Of a DNA stretch of 64,000 nt, positions 59,309 to 64,000 are shown piece after piece (the stretch's first letter is position 1; every line of letters starts with the position of its first letter). Below the pieces are notes generated by a model. That model made no database searches, was not told where the DNA came from, and was given only the letters and a program-made list of their open reading frames with translations. The position numbers were made by a program, and so were the translations under genes. The DNA comes from Candidatus Magasanikiibacteriota bacterium. GTDB taxonomy: Bacteria; Patescibacteriota; Patescibacteriia; Magasanikbacterales; GWA2-37-8. Location of the stretch: assembly GCA_030650025.1 (NCBI GenBank), contig JAUSEN010000009.1:29144-93143 (forward strand), in the 5' to 3' direction.

Positions 59309-60280
59309 ATGCTTACCGTAAAACAAATTTTTGATCTCGGAATTAAAATCGGAATCGCGTCCGATCCGCGCGGAGTTCAAGGAATAAAAAAATATCTGGC
59401 GCGGCAGAAAAAAGAATACGACGATCTCAAGCCGAAAGACAAGGGATTTTTTGATCGCGAGACTCTCACCAATCCATTTCCCGACAGCGGCATCCACGTT
59501 GACGACGGCAAAAGCAATGTAAAAATGGTAATGGCTGGCATCGATATTAATGCTCCGGAAATTTTGCTTGCCAGCCAGCTTAATGAGAGAGGGAAAAAAA
59601 TTGGCTTAGTCATTGCCCATCACCCCGAAGGTAAGGCGCTTGGCAAACTGCACGAAGTGATGGAGATGGGCGTGGATATTGGCATGGCGCTGGGTCTGCC
59701 GGTACATTTGGCGGAAAAAATTATGGAGGAGCGGATGCGCGAAGTGGCGCGTAGCTTGAGCGCGGCAAACCTCTACCAGGCAGTGAATGTGGCCGAACAC
59801 TTGGGCATTAATTTTATAAATGCTCACACTATTACCGATAATTTGGTGCACACCTTTATCGCTAATCTCATTGCCAAACGCCAGCCGGAAACGATTGCTG
59901 ATCTAATGGATCTTCTGATGGAAATTCCCGAGTACCAGATGGCTAAACGGCTTGGTTTTGGGCCGGTAATTTTTGCCGGCACTCCAAGAAATCGCGTTGG
60001 CAAAATAATGATAGAAATGACCGGCGGAACCGAACCGTCGCCAAAGGTGTATCCGGAACTTTCACGTATTGGCATTAGCACCATCGTTGGCATGCATATG
60101 CGTAAGGAGACTTTGGAAAAATCTAATGAGGCGCAATTAAATGTAGTGGTTGCCGGGCATATGTCTTCGGATTCCCTCGGTATGAATTTATTTTTGGATG
60201 AACTGGAGAAAAAAGGCATCGAAATTGTCCCCTGCGGTGGCCTAATTCGCGTGAGCCGGGTGAAGAAAGGGAAAAAATAG
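59309..60280 (+). CDS. NIF3-like protein
   Basis: AGIDI, IAHHPEG, HTITDN, MTGGTE, AGHMSSDSLG. Confidence 0.8.
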   Translation: MLTVKQIFDLGIKIGIASDPRGVQGIKKYLARQKKEYDDLKPKDKGFFDRETLTNPFPDSGIHVDDGKSNVKMVMAGIDINAPEILLASQLNERGKKIGLVIAHHPEGKALGKLHEVMEMGVDIGMALGLPVHLAEKIMEERMREVARSLSAANLYQAVNVAEHLGINFINAHTITDNLVHTFIANLIAKRQPETIADLMDLLMEIPEYQMAKRLGFGPVIFAGTPRNRVGKIMIEMTGGTEPSPKVYPELSRIGISTIVGMHMRKETLEKSNEAQLNVVVAGHMSSDSLGMNLFLDELEKKGIEIVPCGGLIRVSRVKKGKK

Positions 60281-60308
60281 GTCATAAATTATTTTATCAA
60301 TCGATTTT

Positions 60309-60341
60309 GTAGGGACCCCGACGTTACGTCGGGGTCCCTAC
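60309..60341. repeat. GTAG-family REP upstream of RAYT
   Basis: gtagggaccccgacgttacgtcggggtccctac. Confidence 0.88.
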
Positions 60342-60392
60342 GTTGTTTTCAAATTTGATTTTGTTTACATACAGTGCTAATATTACCATGTT

Positions 60393-60977
60393 ATGCCAGT
60401 TCGGCCAGCTCGTAAATTGAATCGTTGGCACAAATGGGATTATAGTAATTTTGGGTTCTATTTTGTAACAATATGCACGCAAGGTCGCCAGCAGTATTTT
60501 GGTGAAATCAGAAACGGTTTAAAGATTTTAAACAAATGCGGGAAAATTGTCGAAAATTTTTTGGGAGAAATCGAAGGCCATTTTAAAAATGTATATCTGG
60601 ATGAATTTGTGGTGATGCCAAACCACGTGCATGCGATAATTTTGGTTGATAATCAGGTGAATGGAAAAAGAACACAAACAATTGTAGGGAACGTATTCGC
60701 GCAAACGCGCGTAGGGACAGGGCAGTGCCCTGTCCCTACAAGGCGAAATAGCGCTAGATATGGGTTGTTATCTAAAATAATAAATGGTTTAAAAAACGTC
60801 GTCACAAAAGAGATCAGAAAACAATTTCGTTATAATGAATTCGGCTGGCAGCGGTCATTTCACGATCACATCATTCGCACTCCCACAGAATTAAACCGTG
60901 TTCGGCAATATATTGCGGCTAATCCAGAGAATTGGGAAGAGGACAGAAATAACCCAAAAAATTTTAAAAAATTATGA
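60393..60977 (+). mobile_element. Second REP-associated tyrosine transposase
   Basis: YFVTICT, MPNHVHAI, WQRSFHDHIIR, YI..NP.NW; internal in-frame REP 60711-60739 (VGTGQCPVPT). Confidence 0.92.
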
Positions 60978-61549
60978 TCTCTCAAATTATTGGCAAAGTT
61001 ATCAGCAATAATGGATCAGATGTAGTTTTGTCCACCGCGGGTGGGGTCGGGTATAAAATTGCCGTCAGCCCTAAGGCAATCGAATTATGTTTAGTAGGTA
61101 AAGATGTATCCCTAGAAACATATTTGGTCGTGCGCGAAGATGCTCTTGACCTGTTTGGTTTTGCCAATAACTCCGAACGAGAATTATTTAAAAATTGTTT
61201 ATCGGTTTCGGGTATCGGGCCCAAGAGCGCTTTGAATATTTTAAAACTGGGAAGTGTGGAGGAAATTACGCTCGCGATCGCGCGCGGTGATATTGGTTAT
61301 CTTACCAAAGTCAGCGGCATTGGCAAAAAAACCGCCGAGCGCTTAGTGGTGGAACTCCGTGGTAAAGCGGCCAAGGGTTTGAGCGAAGAAGATTTAGTAA
61401 AACCAGCTGGAGTTTTGGGAGATGTGGTAGAAGCTTTAATGACGCTTGGCTACTCGGCCGAAGTGGCGCGCGATGTTGCTAAGAGTCTGAAGCAAGAAGG
61501 CAAGACGAGCGAACAGTTACTTCGCGAAGCGCTGAAGATGATGAAGTAG
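60974..61549 (+). CDS. ruvA: Holliday junction branch migration protein
   Basis: GGVGY, VREDA..LFGF, VSGIGPKSA, GIGKKTAER, ALMTLGY. Confidence 0.96.
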   Translation: MISQIIGKVISNNGSDVVLSTAGGVGYKIAVSPKAIELCLVGKDVSLETYLVVREDALDLFGFANNSERELFKNCLSVSGIGPKSALNILKLGSVEEITLAIARGDIGYLTKVSGIGKKTAERLVVELRGKAAKGLSEEDLVKPAGVLGDVVEALMTLGYSAEVARDVAKSLKQEGKTSEQLLREALKMMK

Positions 61550-61656
61550 AAAAATAATTGCGTTGATAGTATTAAAAAGTAGTGCGCGGCCGTCCTAATA
61601 AACATCTGGTGTGATGTCTGTCAGGACGGCCGTTGTGGTTTTGCCGGTGAGCTCTC

Positions 61657-62112
61657 CTAGGCATGCTGTGCCAGCAGGTTTTCGAACGCCCGGGCCGACT
61701 CGGCCATGGCTTCGTCCTGCCGGTCCTGCCGATCCGCTACTTCTGCGGCGACCAGGGTCGCGAGCGCGAGCGCGTCGCTCGGCAAGATCTTCTCGCCAAG
61801 GTGCCGGCAGAGGATGCGCGCGAGCATCAGGCCTTGGTCAGTCTCGGGCGTGGCGGCCGAGACGCGCACGAGCCCATTTGCCAGCCGCGTGAGGATCACA
61901 GCCTTGATGTGCTCTCCGCTTCCGAGGCCGCGCTCCCGCGTGTACGCCGCGATAGCCGCGAGGAGCACCTTGGCCATCTTCGGGACGAGGTGCTCGAGGT
62001 GGGCGAGTTCGGTAGGCAGGGGAGAGATCTGCCCCGTAGCGCCAACCGCCATCGCTCCGAGTTCGAGAATGGTCCACGCCATCCTCTCTTTCACTTGCGG
62101 AACAGTGGTCAT
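61657..62112 (-). CDS. GC-rich orphan helical protein (class-2 gene F)
   Basis: ATG with AAAGGAG 5 nt upstream; 3' hairpin 61587-61632. Confidence 0.65.
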   Translation of the reverse strand: MTTVPQVKERMAWTILELGAMAVGATGQISPLPTELAHLEHLVPKMAKVLLAAIAAYTRERGLGSGEHIKAVILTRLANGLVRVSAATPETDQGLMLARILCRHLGEKILPSDALALATLVAAEVADRQDRQDEAMAESARAFENLLAQHA

Positions 62113-62201
62113 GGCCGCTCCTTTCTTCTATCGAAGGTGGTTTTGCCCGGCCGCCACAGAGGCCAAAAAGCCACTCTGGCAAGTGGGCAAAAGTTTTAAC
62201 G

Positions 62202-63194
62202 TCATGAGCGCTCTGCTTGTTTTTTAGCTTCCGCGTTCATATACTCCGTATACCAAGAATATTCCGAACCGAGCAAATTGGAAATTAATTCAAACACCAG
62301 TTTCGCGGTTTTGGCGTCTATGTCTTTAGTCACAACCTGTTCGGCGATATCCAGCCCGACTACCGGGCAAAGTCGGCCGATATATTTCGCGATGAGCGTT
62401 ATTTCCCGATACGTTAAACCTCCTGCGGTGGACATGAGCGTTGCCGGAGCATACTCTTTATCAATGGCGTCAATATCAACGCTTACCCAGATATTTTTTA
62501 CGCGGCTGGCTAAAGCTTTAATTTTTTCTGTCACTTGGTGGAGGCCGTGCGTCGCGAGATCAAGCATGGTAACAGCCTCTAGTTTTTCGCGGCGAATCAG
62601 GTCAATTTCCGTTTGGTCCAAGTCTTTCAGGCCAATGAAAAGCCAATTAGCAGGTTTTACTTTGGCTCCTGGCCGCAGAATATTAACCAGCCGCGGGTGG
62701 CCAAAGCCCATTAAAGCCGCCGCTGGCATGCCGTGGATATTGCCCGAAAGCGTAGTTTCCGGAGTATTCATGTCGCCATGAGCGTCAATCCAAATCACAC
62801 CAAGTTCGTCTTCTGTTCCGGCCGCCGCGCCGCTAATTGTACCGAGCGACATCGAATGGTCGCCGCCGAGCGCCACTACTTTGTGGCCCGCTTTAACGCT
62901 TGAGGCTATCAGGGCGGCCACTTCTTCACTGATCTTTGCTATGGCTTCAAGGTATTTACAGTTTTTGTCGCCTTTAATAAGTGATTCGCCGTTTTGGGGG
63001 CAATCTAAGTCGCCCAAATCATTTACGTTGAAACCCAGCGCCGCGAGCATTTTTAAAAGCCCTTGGCTGCGCAAATATTTGGGAGCCTCTGCTGTTCCCG
63101 CCGCGTCTTTGCCAATGTCAATGGGGATCCCAATCACATCAACCGTGCCAGCGAGGGTTTTGGTTTCGTAAAAACTAAGTGAGTCAGAGTTCAT
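62202..63194 (-). CDS. rocF: Arginase
   Basis: GGDHS, WIDAHGDMNT, SGNIHGMP, SVDIDAID. Confidence 0.88.
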   Translation of the reverse strand: MNSDSLSFYETKTLAGTVDVIGIPIDIGKDAAGTAEAPKYLRSQGLLKMLAALGFNVNDLGDLDCPQNGESLIKGDKNCKYLEAIAKISEEVAALIASSVKAGHKVVALGGDHSMSLGTISGAAAGTEDELGVIWIDAHGDMNTPETTLSGNIHGMPAAALMGFGHPRLVNILRPGAKVKPANWLFIGLKDLDQTEIDLIRREKLEAVTMLDLATHGLHQVTEKIKALASRVKNIWVSVDIDAIDKEYAPATLMSTAGGLTYREITLIAKYIGRLCPVVGLDIAEQVVTKDIDAKTAKLVFELISNLLGSEYSWYTEYMNAEAKKQAERS

Positions 63195-63382
63195 AGTACA
63201 AAAAAACAGCCACCTTTTCGGGTGGCCGCTATGAAATGGGTAAATTAAATTGGGGTAGAAAATTTCTCATGCTTAGGCTAGTTTAGCACTACGTGAATGG
63301 TTGGTCAAAGGCGTTTATACACAGCATAGAGAAGTTGTCACCACTCACCGCGCTTCGCGCGGTGAGTGGTGGCTGGTGGCTC

Positions 63383-64000
63383 TCAGCCGCTCCGGATGAC
63401 GGCATCGGAGGGCCCGTTGAGCTTGTTTCCCATGTCGCCGGCGCCCGGCCAGATATAGTCGTACGCCGTGAGCCCCCCGTCAAGCGCGCCCGTAAAGAGG
63501 TGCGCGTTGGGGATGGCGTTCAAGAACCGCTCGGCGCCCTCGGGCGCCGCGATCAGGCTGAGCGCCACGTGCCAGCATGCCGTTCCCGGCAAGCTGGCGT
63601 AGTGCTCTACGGCCCTAAGCAGCGAGCCGCCGGTTGCGAGCATCGGGTCCGGGTAGACCACGATCGCACCGTTGACGGTACTCCCCGTCTTGCTTCCTTG
63701 GATTTCCACTCCGTTGACGTGGCCGGTCGCGTCGGTCGTCCGGTTCATGGTGAGGATGTCCATGCGCGCGTTCTCGAACCCGAGCGCCGTCAGCGCATCG
63801 AGCACGACATCCGAGGGGAGGAGTCCGCCGCGCGCGATCGCCGTCACCACCACGCTCGTCTGGGTGTTCGGCACCAGGCCGCGCCAAACCCCTCTCTCGC
63901 CCAACTCGGTCTGGAGCGGGGTGGGCACGCTGGCCTCACGCAGCAGGAACAGCTGGTTGATCATCTCCATCGTGAGGAGGTGGTAGAGCTCGCGCACCCA
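63383..64000 (-). CDS. upp: Uracil phosphoribosyltransferase, GC-rich (class-2 gene G), 5' end outside window
   Basis: IARGG, YPDPMLATGGS PRPP motif, YIWPGAGDMG; frame open to window edge; perfect 15-bp hairpin 63339-63371 after the stop. Confidence 0.8.
   Translation of the reverse strand, partial: WVRELYHLLTMEMINQLFLLREASVPTPLQTELGERGVWRGLVPNTQTSVVVTAIARGGLLPSDVVLDALTALGFENARMDILTMNRTTDATGHVNGVEIQGSKTGSTVNGAIVVYPDPMLATGGSLLRAVEHYASLPGTACWHVALSLIAAPEGAERFLNAIPNAHLFTGALDGGLTAYDYIWPGAGDMGNKLNGPSDAVIRSG

Noticed and set aside
1-64000. tRNA, rRNA, tmRNA or prophage genes
   Set aside because: None recognised by eye; a dedicated scan would be needed to exclude divergent ones.

Overview
Bacterial chromosomal window that looks like Patescibacteria/CPR (Parcubacteria-ABY1-like). 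This is inferred from AT-rich start regions without Shine-Dalgarno (SD) motifs, a short RpoB, a type-2 IleRS and an AmmeMemo-B/CapA fusion. Housekeeping genes: recA, ftsK, rpoB, rpoC, ruvC, ruvA, ileS with a T-box, trxB, rpe, rpiB, sod, a MIP channel, DsbA/VKOR and a CopA cluster. It also carries a polyamine pathway (arginine decarboxylase, DHS-like synthase, agmatinase, plus arginase), three toxin-antitoxin modules, two REP-associated tyrosine transposases and many short palindromic repeats. The most unusual signal is a second class of genes. Seven GC-rich ORFs are scattered singly through the window. All six with a visible start have an SD-like motif, which the host genes lack. Most have their own sigma70 promoter and strong 3' hairpins, and three share a bulged stem-loop of similar size. 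Other highlights: serial copies of the sod 3' end after each inserted cassette; a ~250-nt ncRNA candidate between a promoter and a terminator; a double-hairpin repeat that supplies start codons; in-frame palindromic insertions in proteins; a four-helix-bundle gene between the T-box and ileS; and a CntK-like racemase/VanX-like operon with a leader ORF. All family calls are from motif recognition; no searches were run.
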